Of a DNA stretch of 64,000 bases, positions 13,290 to 26,650 are shown in pieces. The stretch spans positions 21,886,001 through 21,950,000 of the forward strand of contig NC_043012.1 of assembly GCF_006345805.1 (NCBI RefSeq), in the 5' to 3' direction. The notes under the pieces are model-generated. The model did no database searches. It had not been told where the DNA came from and was given only the letters and a program-made list of their open reading frames with translations. A program made the position numbers and the translations under genes. Positions within the stretch are counted from its first letter, which is position 1. Each line of letters starts with the position of its first letter. Origin of the DNA: Octopus sinensis (taxonomy: Eukaryota).

Positions 13290-13657
13290 GTGCTGGCCAT
13301 TTGCCGAACGTGGCCATTGCCTGCGCCACCCCAACAGGCCTCCGTGCCGGTGGCATGTAAAAAGCACCATCCAATTGTGGCCATTGCCAGCCTCGCCTGG
13401 CCCCCGTGCAGGTGGCACGTAACAAGCACCATCCGGTTGTGGCCGTTTGCCAGCCTTGTCTGGCACCTGTGCCGGCGGCACATAAAAAGCACCCACTACA
13501 CTCACGGAGTGGTTGGTATTAGGAAGGGCATCCAGCCATAGAAACATTGCCAGATCAGACTGGGCCTGGTGCAGCCTTCTGGCTTCCCAGACCCCAGTTG
13601 AACCGTCCACCCATGCTAGCATGGAAAGTGGATGCTAAGTGATGATGATGATGATGA
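13290..13657 (+). mobile_element. RTE 3' UTR/tail copy with three hairpin repeat units
   Basis: Matches 29830-30100; ends (GAT)n. Confidence 0.85.
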
Positions 13658-13659
13658 TA

Positions 13660-13855
13660 CTGGACACAATGCTCAGCAGTATTTTCTCTGTGTTTAACAT
13701 TCTGAGTTTAGATTCCTTCGAGGTTGGCTTTGCTTTTTATCCTTTCAGGGTCGGTAAAGTAAGTACCAGTTCAGCACTAGAGTTAATATAATCAACTAGT
13801 TCCCATCCCCTGAAATTTCAGACCTTGTGCCTATAGTAGAAAGAAATATAAGGAA
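13660..13855 (+). mobile_element. Older family B SINE (further remnants at about 5090-5240, 9400-9520, 13060-13260 and 55540-55700)
   Basis: Body and old-type tail CCCCTGAAATTTCAGACCTTGTGCCTATAGTAGAAAG. Confidence 0.65.
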
Positions 13856-14511
13856 ATAATTTTATTCTCAAATGCAGGATAATGCTAATAATATAGCATG
13901 AACAGGATAAACTACCTATATTTTGCAGAAAAATGTATCGGTGACCAGCCATGAAACTCGAACTCACGCCCCTGCAATTAGAAAGAAATATGACTTCTAC
14001 TGAAAATAAGAATATTCAATATTTTTCATTTATAAATACATAAACATCACAATAACAACAACTTTATCTAATTAAATGGAGACACCTCAGCCTCAGTTGT
14101 TTTCTTTCTCTCTCCCTATCTTTTTCTTTCTTCCTTTTCCCTCCCTATTTCTCTCTCTCCTTCTCTCTTTGTTTATAAGTCTGATATCAGCAATGTCTAT
14201 CTTTAACAGATTCTGTTTTTTTTTTTTTTTTCATTGTATTGACTGGTTCCAGGTCAGCTCTGATAAGTAGACTTATGGTCAAAGTATCCTGGTCACAACT
14301 GTCCCATCCATCATGAATCTAACACTACTATTTCTCTGTTTCTAAGATGATAATGTCTGATTTGAGGGAGGTCTGGTTACTGTTTCTAGTAGCTCATATA
14401 GCCATGTTCTTGTTCTCATTATTATTATTATTATTATTATTAACTGAATAGTTGTCTTACACATATAAAAAAAACTGAAATACTCTGTTGTGAATCTTAG
14501 TTGGGCTCTGT

Positions 14512-14558
<47 letters not shown>

Positions 14559-14799
14559 TATATATATAGGTAAACAGTAAAAATAATTACAAGACATGGA
14601 CAAGAACATGAAATACACAGAGACGACACAAGAACCACAGGACGGGACATTCGAAGCCCTCAGTCATCAGTCAAGAACCAGATCATCTTAGCAATTTCGG
14701 CTGATTAATCTTGAGATTGCTCCGATATGGCCGGCCCACCAAGGGAAATCTAAGCCAAGCGCATTAGATCCCCTGGAAGAAAGCTTATATATATATATA

Positions 14800-15208
14800 G
14801 GCACCCTTGCCAACCCCCTTTGCTTGTGAAGACATGTTGGGGCAAGCGAAATCGAAATCGAATTGAACCAGCCAGGATCCCTGGTCTGGTGGTACGTAAA
14901 AAGCACTATCCAACTCGTGGCCGATGCCAGCACCGCCTCGACTGGCTTCCGTGCCGGTGGCACATAAAATACACCAATCTGACCGTGGCCGTTGCCAGCC
15001 CCGCCTGGCACCTGTGCAGGTGGCACGTAAAAAGCACCCACTACACTCACGGAGTGGTTGGCGTTAGGAAGGGCATCCAGCTGTAGAAACATTGCCAAAT
15101 TAGACTGGAGCCTGGTGCAGCCTTCTGGCTTCCCAGAACCCCGGTCGAACCGTCCAACCCATGCTAGCATGGAGAACGGACGTTAAACGACGATGATGAT
15201 GATGATGA
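14800..15208 (+). mobile_element. RTE 3' UTR/tail copy with three hairpin repeat units
   Basis: Matches 29830-30100; ends (GAT)n. Shorter copies at 10609-10730, 23430-23625 and (minus) 17395-17560, 23680-23880. Confidence 0.85.
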
Positions 15209-16700
15209 TATATATATAGGACACACACATACACAAGTGAGTGGACAAATGAACAAAGGACACTCAACACATTTATTGGAAGTTACATGTATGGATCAAA
15301 ACAGTTTGATTCAAATTCCATGGTACTTAAAGTTTCAAAGAATAGGTTGGCCCTAGGGAGCCAAGTCTGTAACCATGTTGAATCTGTTTCACTAAGAGAA
15401 AGGCTTGAATAAATGTAACAATCTCTCCATTCTTTCTCTAACAAAGTACAAACTCTATGTCTTTGTAAGAAATATTTGGATATGGCTGAAAATACATTAT
15501 GTGAATGTTTGGACAGAGTTGAAAATCTGTACAATTTTAACATATTGGTAAATATACCAATTTGCTATCAACAAGGGATAAATGTTGTAGATTTGAACAT
15601 CTTATCCCTTGCTCTATTTTTTTTATTTATTTTGGTTTACATCTTTATATTTTTGCAAAAATACATTTACTGTTCAATCCTAGTTTAGCTTTATTTAAAG
15701 CCAAGTAGCCAAATCCCCTTCAGATCACACTCTACTGTCTTGAGAAAAAGAAGGGTGTTTTCAATAATGTAGTCCTAGATACATTATGCCTTTAAAAAAA
15801 AGAAAAAAAAGAAATCACTGCTGTAAAGTATTTGGTTGTTAATCTCCTAAATTGGGGCTAACCTTGACTAAAGAACAAATCTTTTACTCATTTATTGGTT
15901 TCCACCAGAGTCTGTGGCCATGCTGGAGCATATAAAATTAATAAATTCAGTTAAAGCACTTGTCAGTTTATGTTTTTGAATTACAGTAATTCATTATTTG
16001 ATTACATATTTAAATTAACATAAATAAGACAGCAAGTAACTATATATATATTGATGTCTAAATTTTGCCTCATTTATATGACATTTGGTAATGTTCTTCT
16101 CTTTTACCTAAAATGTTAGCATTTGACCTTCTAAGCATGAATACCTAAAAAGATGTCACCTCAGTTATGTACCAGAGCTTTAAACTTAAAGCTTGTAATG
16201 AGATATGTACATAGACTACATCCTTGCATTATTGCTACATGTCTATGTGAAGACAATGAGGTTGCTTTTACAGTTGAAATTAAGCAATTGAAACTAGATA
16301 TCATAGACAAAGTGATATTCCACTTTCTTCCCAAAATTCTTTGCAATACTGTTCTTAAAGTATTGGAGCTCATTTGTTTATATATATATAATATAATATA
16401 ATTTCTTTCCTCTTTGTTTATTCCATGGTTTTTCAAAAGTTTTTGCTTAATAAACTCCTCCTCCTCACAAATCCAAAATTTAATTTTTGTACATGACTAA
16501 TTTAATTTTACTTCTCTCATTATATTCTTTCTTTATTTTTTAAATATATTCTATTCTTATTATTTGGCAATAATCTTCTTTCATAAAAACATCACATAAC
16601 CTATCCTAAAAAGGGGTATTTTAGAAATCAGTGATTTTTATAATTTAATTCATTTAAGATATAATAGCTTTTCAATGTTTTCTTTTGTGAAGTTTTTGTT

Positions 16701-17013
16701 ATGGCAATGTGGTTAAGAAACTCACTTTGCAACCACATGGTTTTCGGTTCAGTCCCACTGCATGGCACCTTAGGCAAGTGTCTTCTTTAGACTGAGGCCA
16801 AGCAATACCTTGTGAGCGAATTTAATTGACGGAAACTGTGGGGAAGCCCACCATACATGTTTGTTTGTTGTGCAACCACTTGACAACAAGTGTTGGTTAA
16901 TTTACATCCCTTTAACTTAGTGGTTGGGCAAAAGAGACTGGGGTCGATTTCTTTGACCAAACCATTCAAGGAGGTGCTCCAGCATGGTTGCAGTCCAATG
17001 AAACAAATAAAAG
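16701..17013 (+). mobile_element. SINE family A, older copy
   Basis: Head, CORE-like segment and 3' half recognisable, with deletions. Confidence 0.75.
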
Positions 17014-18625
17014 ATTATGTGTCATTAATGATGCAACAAAAATCTGAATTAGTTTGGCCACAGCCATATCATTTATTCCTTTAACTGACCTGCATATTTT
17101 CAACAGCTTATACATGAACAACCTTGCTAATGGCCCATCACACCTAGTCCAGGCCTTCTGCTAGCTGGTTATATGATCCAGAAATTTTTCTTCCACTGTT
17201 ATAAAGGGAGTTATTAATGCAAAGCAGTGAATTTATGCTTTATGGATCCCTAAGCTATTTATTCGTTTCTGCCAAAATTTCTATCTACAAGGATCTGCAC
17301 AGATTACTTTGATAAGCCTTGGTTTTAGCCTTTTAAAGTATGTGTGTGTATGGAGGGTGGGCAAAGGAAGTGACAGGCATACAGAGTGAAAGTTAACGCC
17401 ATCACCATGTCCATGCTTTCCCATGCTTACTTGAGTCGGGCAGAGTTTTATCTGAGGCAGATTTTCCCACAGTCAGATGCATTTCCTGTCACTAACCCTC
17501 ACCTGTTGCCAAGCAAGGTGATATTAGATCCATTGCTGTCACCGAATATTGGAAATTAATGATACTGCTTGCATGACAGTGACACTCACAACTATCACAC
17601 AAAGACAGGACGGACACACACACAGGGCTTCTTCCAGTTTCTGTCTATCAAATCCAGTCATAAGGCTTTGGTCAGTTCATGTAGTGGGACTGAACCTGGG
17701 ACCATATGGTTGGGAAGTGAACTTCTTACCACACAGCCATGGCTACACTTATAATATATGTCTGTATTTTGAATGTGTCCAGTTGTATGTATTAATATTT
17801 ATAAATTACATTGTAAGGAAACTTCTTTTCAACATGGAATTTGTGGAAATACTGTACTTGTAAAATATCATTTGAGATGTGGGCAGTCCAAAATGTTTTC
17901 AAATGATCAATAAGTCAACCAACTGCAAAATTAAGGATTTTAGATAACTGTTTGTGTGTTATGTGTATTTAAAAAAAATTGTGTGTGTACATGCGTCTGT
18001 CTGTCCAAGTCTCCACCATTTGACAACTGGTGTTGGTTTGTTTATATCTCCATAACATAGTACTTCAGCAAAAGAGAGGGGTAAAATAAGTATTGGACGT
18101 AAATGAAAGTATTGGTATTTCAAGGTGGTGGCCTAGCATGGTCACATTTAAACTACAGAAACAAGTAAATGAATAAAAGATAGCTACCTATTTTAATTGC
18201 ATTTATTTTTAGCATATTAACAGTGATTAATTTCAAATGTTCAGACACGCACACACACACACACATACACACACACACACACACCACACACTTATTATGT
18301 GGTAAATTATGTAATGAAAATGCCAAAATATTTATTGATTTGTTACATAATTTTTGAAGTGTTTTGCTCCACATTTTTCTCTATTTGTCAACTATTTTCT
18401 TCCTTAGGTTATGAAATTTAAGCCTTCTCTTTAGATTCATACTTATTTGAAACAACAATATATTTCTTTTCCTATACTGGATCAAAGAAAATGTTTTTGT
18501 TTATATTGTTTTTATTTTACTTTTTACTTTCTTTTCTTCAATTAATAAACTTCATGAAGTATTGGAATTATTTTTCTAGTTGGTGAATTATGAACAATTT
18601 TTCCTTTTCCATTTCTCTATTTCAG

Positions 18626-18797
18626 AATTCCAATCCAGGTTATCCAAGGTCAACAACTGATATTAAAAACAGCTGCTGGAAATACAATAGGTTTTGCTCA
18701 ACAGCAGCAACAGCAGCAGCTACAACAGCAACAGCAACAACAATTACAACAGCAGCAGCTCCAGCAGCTGCAGCTTCAGCATTTTCAACAACAGCTG

Positions 18798-18829
<32 letters not shown>

Positions 18830-21481
18830 CCAGCAGCAGCATCATCATCAGCAGCAGCAACAGTCCAAAGTAAACCAAATTCAACATCTTCAAGTGTCAT
18901 CAGCCTCATCGCCTGGTGTTAGTCGTTCTCTTACACCGAGTCAGAGTCCAGCTCCCAACAACTCGCCGTTAGTTAGTCGGTCACTCACACCAAGTCAGGG
19001 CCAAAATACTGGCTTGGTTACAATCAGTCCATCTTTCAGTGGACAGCATCCAAACAGCGTTAGCCCTTCCCCAAATGTCAGTGTTGTTCAGATCCCCACA
19101 TCAGTGCAATCACAACCGTCAACACAGCAACAACTACAGGCAGCTGCTGCTGCTGCTGCTGGTGGTGTTCCTATTCAGAATCTAGTCCCTACCCAAAACA
19201 CACAACACCTTCAGAACTTACTCCCAGGTCAGGCAGTTCTTCCGACACAAGGACAGAATATAGTACACACTCAAAACACAGTCATTCAGAACCCTAATGT
19301 TGTAAATGTGAATGTTGCTCATGTTCTGTGCAATAACTCAGCCCAACAAGCAAACCAGCAGGGCGGCATGGTGAGTGTCTACCCCAATGTACAGGCTGCG
19401 TCCTCGTCCAACCCTGTCACGCTGCATGGTACCATCATCAATATTCCACAGGGCAAAAGCATTATTATCCCTGGATTTTCAAACCTCCAGCAAGTTCAGA
19501 ATCTTCAGCTGCCTTCCTCACATGTTGGGCAGCAGGTTTCTGGAACAGGTACCCTGCTGCATGCCGCTGGTGCCACCCAGCAGCCCGTGGCAGGGGCTGC
19601 TGGCATGGCGATGGGCAGTGCAGCAGGGATGGCCGTTGGAGGAGCTGGCACCATGCAGTTGTCTGGTCAGCAGTCCCAGGAAAAAGCTGCTACCCTTGCA
19701 GCAGCAGCAGCAGGCCAATCTAACTACAGTTTTGTTAATATCAACCCACCACCAATCATACTACGAACACTTCCATCAAACTTGATACAAATCCAGTCCA
19801 CCACTAACAGTGGTCAGTCGTCCACAGTCAACACTCAAGTTCAGTCCTATCCCCAGATCTCGCAGGCTCAGTTAATCAACACTTCTGCAGCCCAGGGAAG
19901 CATTCCAATGCAGCAAGTGGTGAACCCTCTTCAGGGACAACAACTGAAGGTGATAGGCCACCCAGGGTTACAGGTTGCTGGTTCTCAACCAGGTACAGTG
20001 ACTGTGAATATAGGAGGCCAGAACTTTAATTTACAGAGCCTTCCCTCCAACCAATTGGGAGCTCTTCAATTCCAAAGTGGGAGGCAAGTTCTAATTCAGG
20101 CCCCACCGTCACATACTCTGCCCCTCCAAACGACATCAGTTAAAACAACTGTACCTTCTGGGCAGGAAATATCGTCTATATCACCACAAAACTCTGCACT
20201 GACAACTATGCAAGTTATTCAAAATGCCAATACGACAGCAACCATAGGTAATCAACGTAGTAACAGCCGAACAAAAACACCGCCCACTAAGTCAAGTAAA
20301 AGTTCATCTTCAAAGCACAATTCTCATTCTGCTCATAGCTCTCGCAATCGTGCATCACCATTGCAACAGCAGCAACAAGTTCAAGCTATTCACAATTTCC
20401 AGTTACCGTTACCTCAAGTCACTCATCCTCATAGTCTGAATAGCAGTCCAGGTCTTAGCACTGCCCATTCTACGACAGTCACAACTACTGTCTCACAGTC
20501 CCTTGTTCAGATGCCTTCTCAGGTTAGTGTAGCCAGCAGTCTGGTTGGAGTCCAAGTATCATCGAGCACTGTCCAAAACAAGCCTATTTCCAGTAGTGGA
20601 CTTGTTCAAACTTCTGGTTCTTCAGCAGTTGCAAATCAAACCCAAGCTGCTGCTACTGTCCTCAACACTCGTCTACCAGCTATTCAGATTACTCCACAAG
20701 ATCCTATCATTATGGCCCGAGTTGAAAATGATGTTAGCTCATTAGTCTCATTAAAGAATCCGAACCGAACTCAGAAAGCTAATCTTGAAAAGTTAGCTTT
20801 GCTCCAGAAGAAACTTTCTCAAGGGCAGCTTCAATTTGCTACTAGTGGTCAAGTTGGACAACCCCAAATAGCACATCCTCCCACTGCTCAGGCAGCAGCT
20901 ATTGCTCAACAAACCTTATTACAGCAGGCATCAGCCTCAACACCTTCAGCGGCCACCAGTATTAACCAGATTAATCAACTACTACAACAGCAAGCCTGTG
21001 TGAACCAGCAACATCAGCAACAACAGCAGCAGCAGCATCATCAACAACAACAACATCAACAACACAGCAGCAGCAGCAGCAGCAACAACATAAAACACAG
21101 CAGGCTCAACAAGCCACTGTTGTTGGACAGATTCCTTTGGCCACTGTTGGCAAATCCGTTACAAATGTCATTTCTAATTCCATTCCGAATCAGTCAACTC
21201 CAGGATCAGTTCAGTCATCTCAAACAGTATCCATGTTGACTTCACACCCAACAAATATTGTTCAGTCCGGCCAAGCAGGTGCTGGCATTCAAGTATTGAC
21301 AACTTCGAGTGGAGGCAAGCAGCATATGGTGGGTATGATCCCTGGTACAACATTGATTCCAGTGGTGACCAGCACCGCAGTTTCATCTGGGACGTTTGTG
21401 CCAGCTTCCAACATGCCCACCATCACTGCTGGAAAATTACCAATACCTGCCACACCAACTGCTGTTTCTACTCCAGTTAAG
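18626..21481 (+). CDS. BICRA: BICRA/GLTSCR1-family gene, first visible coding exon (Q/S/T/A-rich low-complexity region); apparent 1-bp deletion at about 21064
   Basis: Acceptor ttctctatttcAG ends at 18625. The frame reads IPIQVIQGQQLILKT... and is open through the 781-aa ORF. After CAA CA|CAG (21063-21065) the Q-rich sense continues in the frame of ORF 21137 to ...PVK, followed by donor AAG|GTTAGT at 21482 (phase 0, matching the next exon). Gene identity comes from the downstream GLTSCR1-domain exons. Confidence 0.85.
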
Positions 21482-22083
21482 GTTAGTATAATCAAGTCCA
21501 ATTCATTGTTTATCATTTTCCCCTCAACTTTAAACGTTTTTTTTTTTCTACTACTACGTTTTTAAGAACCTCTTTGTTGTTATCATTTTCGTAATAATAT
21601 CTTAAGTCCGCCAGTATTTTGAGTACAATAAATTTATTGAGTAAATAAGGTGATCGGACACTCTACTCACAGACTTTCAGTTTTGATTTCCTGCAGAGTT
21701 CTAATCAGGAAATTTTATCATACATTTCTTCAGTTTATTTTATTAGGATAAATGAATTCTCTAATTTCAGGTTCAATCCTTCTGTTTGTCTGTGGGAAGG
21801 ATCTGTGCCAATTGCCTTTGCAGACCCTCCAAGACCAGTGTTATTGATGCAGTTTATATACTTGGAATGACTTGTTATTACAAAGGGCATTTCTTTGTAA
21901 AATACATAAGTTCCAGTAGTTCGGATGTTAATGTTGCCAAATTTGTAAAAATTAAACCAAGGACTGTGTAGAAGAAAATAAATGCAATTAGGCATGTCCA
22001 AGACCTAATGAACTACAGAAATGTCACTGCAAAATTTGATTCAAGTAGCATTGTGCTATTTTGGCTTCCTATTCTTTTGCCAA

Positions 22084-22306
22084 CCCTTTAGTGTTTAGAT
22101 TACTCTGTCAAATATAATGCTTATTTATTCACATTGTTTTGAATTAATTGTGCCTTATCTTCTAGCTTCAACATTTTGATGGATGTGATTGTTTATCCTT
22201 AGAATGATAATGTAGAATAGGTGTGAGAGGCTGAATCTGAATCTGAATTGGACATAAAACAATGGGAATATTCAGGCCGGGCATGGCTGGTTTAAACACG
22301 AAAGTG
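22084..22306. mobile_element. Older copy of the same piggyBac-type MITE
   Basis: CCCTTTAGTGTTTA start, TTAA end, internal similarity to 38987-39206. Confidence 0.7.
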
Positions 22307-22569
22307 TTAAAGCATATATAAGAGATGGCACTCAGTACTACAAAATAACAAAATACTTTAGCAGTTATGCACTTCTTCTGTGGCCTATAGTAATGAACTG
22401 TATTCTCTTTTGGTGCTTATTTATGGTAAGTGAACTTTATCTATTAAGAGCTAAGTATTTTGTTAAGGACAATGATATTACTGACACTTTAGCCAATAAA
22501 TGGACACTTTTATGCCACTAGGAATCTCCAAATGTAGTGACCTGGCCTGGCCCTCCATCAGTTATGACA

Positions 22570-22860
22570 GCGAGTGTTCCAGTAGATTCAATCAACGAAA
22601 CAGCCTGCTTATGAACTTAACATGCAAGTGGCTGAGCACCACGCACGCACGCACACACATCGTTAATGTAATTCTCAGGGAGATTCAACATGACACAGAA
22701 TATGTCATGGCTGGCTCTTTGAATTTCAGGTACAATTCATTTTTGCCATCTGAATAAAACTGGAGCAATGTGAAATAAAGTGTCTTGCTCAAGGACACAG
22801 TGTGCTGCCAGGAATCACACTTACAAATTATGATCATGAGCCAGACACCCTAAACTATTT
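22570..22860 (-). mobile_element. Older relative of SINE family C
   Basis: Shares GTGCTCAGCCACTTGCA and GTCATG/GAATCTCCC segments and has a CORE-like GTGTCCTTGAGCAAGACAC. Confidence 0.6.
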
Positions 22861-23366
22861 GGCTGTGTGAATTATGTAGGAATGGTTGCATGTGTTAAGG
22901 AACCCGCTTTGCATCTACTTGGGTCATGCTTGATTCCCTTGCATGGTACTTTGGACAAATATCTTTTTCCATAGCCTTGGGTTGATCAATGCTTTCTGAG
23001 TGGAATGTAGCAGATAGGTGGATGAGTAAACCCTTGTCAAAACTTCATGATTTCAGCCCACAAAGTAGAAAATGAAAGAATTCTCATTTCATTTGTATCA
23101 TTAGTGTGTTTGTGTTTGTAAATGTGTGACTCCAACACAGTGCAGGACTGCTGGTTGTGATGCATCCTTTAAAGCATATCTCTAGGAGAACATTCTTTGA
23201 TATAAAATCATGTGTATGTGTGTGTGTGTGGGGGGGGGGGAGTGGCATTGAAGATCATGAATCTGCTACATGCTCAAGCTTGCAATCTTTATTGATACCA
23301 GGGATTCTGCATATCTCTGGATCATGCCAGTAGGGTGGAGAGCATTTTAATATTGTGTCTATGTCA

Positions 23367-23403
<37 letters not shown>

Positions 23404-23633
23404 ATGTACACATGTCAAGCTAAGTGGAATTATAGTCATGGCCAGTGCTGATGATACATAAAAGGCACTCAGTATATTGTGGAATGGTTGGCATTAGGAA
23501 GGGCGTCCAGCCATAGAAACTAAGCCAGAACAGATTGGAGCCTGGTACAGCTCTCCAGCTTATCAGTTTCACTCAAACGGTCTGACCCATGCTAGCATAG
23601 AAAACAGATGCTAAATGATGATAGCGATCTGTG

Positions 23634-23664
<31 letters not shown>

Positions 23665-25219
23665 GTGTGTGAGCATTAGCATCAACAGTTAACATCCATG
23701 TTCCAATGGCCCCAAGGACTGCATCATGCTCCAATATCTACTTTGGCATACTTTCTACATCTGAATGCCCTTCCTAACATCTATCACCTTACATGTACTG
23801 GGTGTGTTTTAAAAAAATTTTGTGTGTGTGCCACTTGTACTAGTGAAGCTGTCATGCCAGCGCTAGTTAAGCCTTCATTGACAGTCTGATGATGGCTTTA
23901 CTGGTCAAAACTTTGAAGTCACTGTCAACTTTCTCATTTAAGAATAATAAATTTGTACACTGCAAAATTATAGAGTAACCCATTGATGTAAAATGGCTTT
24001 TATTATAACTGAGCATCAAGATAAAAATTTACACGCATGCATACACATGTGTGTGCACAAAAATTTCACTGGGGACTGTTGCTGCTGTCACCAACAGTTG
24101 CTTCCAGAGTAGAAGAGGGAGCTATCTCAAAACTAGCAATGGCCAACCTGATGGCTTGCATAATATGATTTGGATGAAGGAACAGAATCTTATTGAATAA
24201 GAGAAATAAATGACATTGTTGGATTATTCTTGAATCTTTCAACAAAACACTCTGCATTTTCAGGGTAAAATATTTTTACTGTATTAAAACATGTAATAAA
24301 GGTCTAACTTTGTATACAAACCCAGTATGATTTTTTTGAGACATTGTTTTTGGTGGGATGGAAATGCATCTTATATCAAATATGTATACATTTGTGTTAG
24401 TCATACGTGCAGCCACACATACAAAGCGGTTTAATGTTTATTTTGCAACCTTGAATCCTGGATTTAATACCACTGTGTGGCATCTTGGGTACCTTCAGAT
24501 TGACTCATGCTTTGTGAGCCAATTTGGAAACTATGTAGAAACTCATGAGAAGGGCTAAGCTCCAGCCATAATGCATTGGTGTCACACTGATGCTACCCGA
24601 GAATTTCATTGAGGGTACATGTCTTTGGAATAGTCAGCCACTTTGTATGCTAGATCAAGTATTTGGCTTCCCAGTTGATCAATATATCAAAATCAGTGGA
24701 ATGCTCGATTGTGTATGTGTATCTGCTTCAGATGACTCTAAATTTATATGTCAAATAAAAATGCTTTTTACTATTTAGTTTGAGTTTAGCTTGTATCTGT
24801 TTTATTATGAAAAATAAGACTGGGCGTAGGGGATCAGTAAAGATAACTGAAATCCTCGGATACAGTGTCTCGGCATGGTAAGAGTTTAAAAAAAAAAAGA
24901 CTGGATCAAGTAAGAAGATGAAAAAAAAAATATGTTGTAGAGCTGAAATGACCACACAGGTCAGGTATTAAAAACTATTGAATCGTAGTTGTTGTATTCA
25001 AATTCACAGTCAATTTTGTTGTGTTGCTGACTGGGTAGCAATATTGTATTCTGTATTGCTTTTGTTCATCTCTCTGAAATAAGGACCAGATTTCCTTTTG
25101 ATAAAAGACTGATACAGCTTTATCACTCCAGTGATTCATATAATGTCCAGCAATCAAGTATATTATCACATGTTTTGCTTTATCTTTTAGATTGTTTATA
25201 AAATATTTTTGTTTTCCAG

Positions 25220-25398
25220 ATGGGTGATAAAGAAGTACTCATCAATTTGACGGGTCACAACAAAGAAGCTGTCTTGGCACACCTGGCTCAACTGACACCA
25301 GAGCAACAGCAAGTGTACCTTAAACACAAAGCTAAGTTTATTGTCAAGTTGGATCAAGCTAATTCACAGCTCCTGCAAGCACAGCAGCAACAGCAGCA

Positions 25399-25430
<32 letters not shown>

Positions 25431-25669
25431 AGCAGCATCAACACCAACATCATCAGCAGCATCAACAACAACAGCAGCAGCAACACCATCATCACCATCA
25501 GCAACAGTTACAACCACGACAGATCCGACAGCAGCAAACGACTGCAACTGTTGCAGCTGCCACAAATATGTCTGGTGGTACTGTTATAATAAGTAAAGGC
25601 CAACAAATATCTCGGCATACTTGTAAAGGACAAATGGTTATGGACACCAAAATACCAGTCCCAGTTCAG
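25220..25669 (+). CDS. BICRA: BICRA-family exon (MGDKEVLINLT...polyQ/H...PVPVQ), 150 codons
   Basis: Acceptor gttttccAG, donor CAG|GTGGGT, phase 0 at both ends, open frame with a polyQ tract. Confidence 0.85.
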
Positions 25670-26537
25670 GTGGGTTGATTTCTTGTTTCAAGGCAACAGC
25701 TTCTCAAAGAGGCCTTTCTCCTTTGAATAAGAGATTTTCCTATTAATTATTTTAATATTTATTTCAAGCCAAGCAGGCTCTTTGAGTGGGAATTGGTAAC
25801 ATGAAAGAATTACAGCTGATATTTCCACTATTTTGGAGAAGCCCTAGTCTGTCAAAAGTTTAGGATCAACCCTAGCAAGATTTCAAGATAAACTACAAAA
25901 CTGAACTGAATAAAATGATACTTGATGCTCAAGTTGTTGATACGTTTGGTATTCAGGTCAAATGCATCTTCACAAATAAAACATCACCTTTCAAGCCACT
26001 GAGTATGGCTGAACTCATAGAAATGAGTTGTAAGGAACCGTAAACAAATTCTTAACTTAATTTGCCAAGGCTTCTCTCTTTTGAATACTAATAAAAAGAA
26101 CATTATTCTTTTGATTATGGAGCAGCAACCATCAAATCGGTTTTATGACTGGCTCCTGGAATTGCTAAAATAAATAAAAGAGGAATACAAGCTCAAATAT
26201 CAGTAATAAAAACTAAAGTTCAGTTTTACAACTGAATCTTAGTTTTTATTTACCTAAACTGAGTTGCTAATAGCCAACAAGATATATTAAAGCAAAGCAG
26301 AATAAACATGTTTGCTATATATTTGGCTTATATTTTTAATCAGTAATTCACAGGCTAAAAATACAAGCCACTGTTTAAGAAAGGTCATTTACATGCACCA
26401 AGTACATTAAATCTCTTAGTGATTCATTTTTCAGCCTTCATCAAAGCTTCAAATTGGAATTTAATTTTATTAATTTCAACTTTGTACATTTTGTAATTAT
26501 TAAGAGGTATTCAGTATATCAAACTATTTCTTTCTAG

Positions 26538-26650
26538 GAGTTTGATAAAAATTTGGTGCAGATCAAAGTAGAACCAGGTCAGTCATCGACTGTGATAAAG
26601 TCATCTGGAAAGGCACAAAAACGACCAGCTGAACTGTCCAAAGGAGTTGT
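26538..26650 (+). CDS. BICRA: BICRA-family exon EFDKNLVQIKVEPGQSSTVIKSSGKAQKRPAELSKGV
   Basis: Acceptor tttctAG, donor GT|GTAAGT, 113 nt, phase 0 in and phase 2 out, matching both neighbours. Confidence 0.85.

Noticed and set aside
13340-13500. CRISPR-like repeat-spacer appearance of the hairpin units
   Set aside because: Spacers are homologous to each other, the context is a eukaryotic LINE 3' UTR, and there are no cas genes.
14620-14690. CUGAUGA...GAAUGUC on the minus strand in a (TA)n-flanked insert (14568-14780)
   Set aside because: GAAA is absent and stems I and II do not pair. It may be a PLE remnant but is not supportable as a ribozyme.
21066-21239. C-terminus SSSSSSNNIKHSRL...QYPC of the 781-aa ORF as a true protein end
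   Set aside because: Out-of-frame read-through after the 1-bp deletion; composition and splice phase favour the shifted frame.
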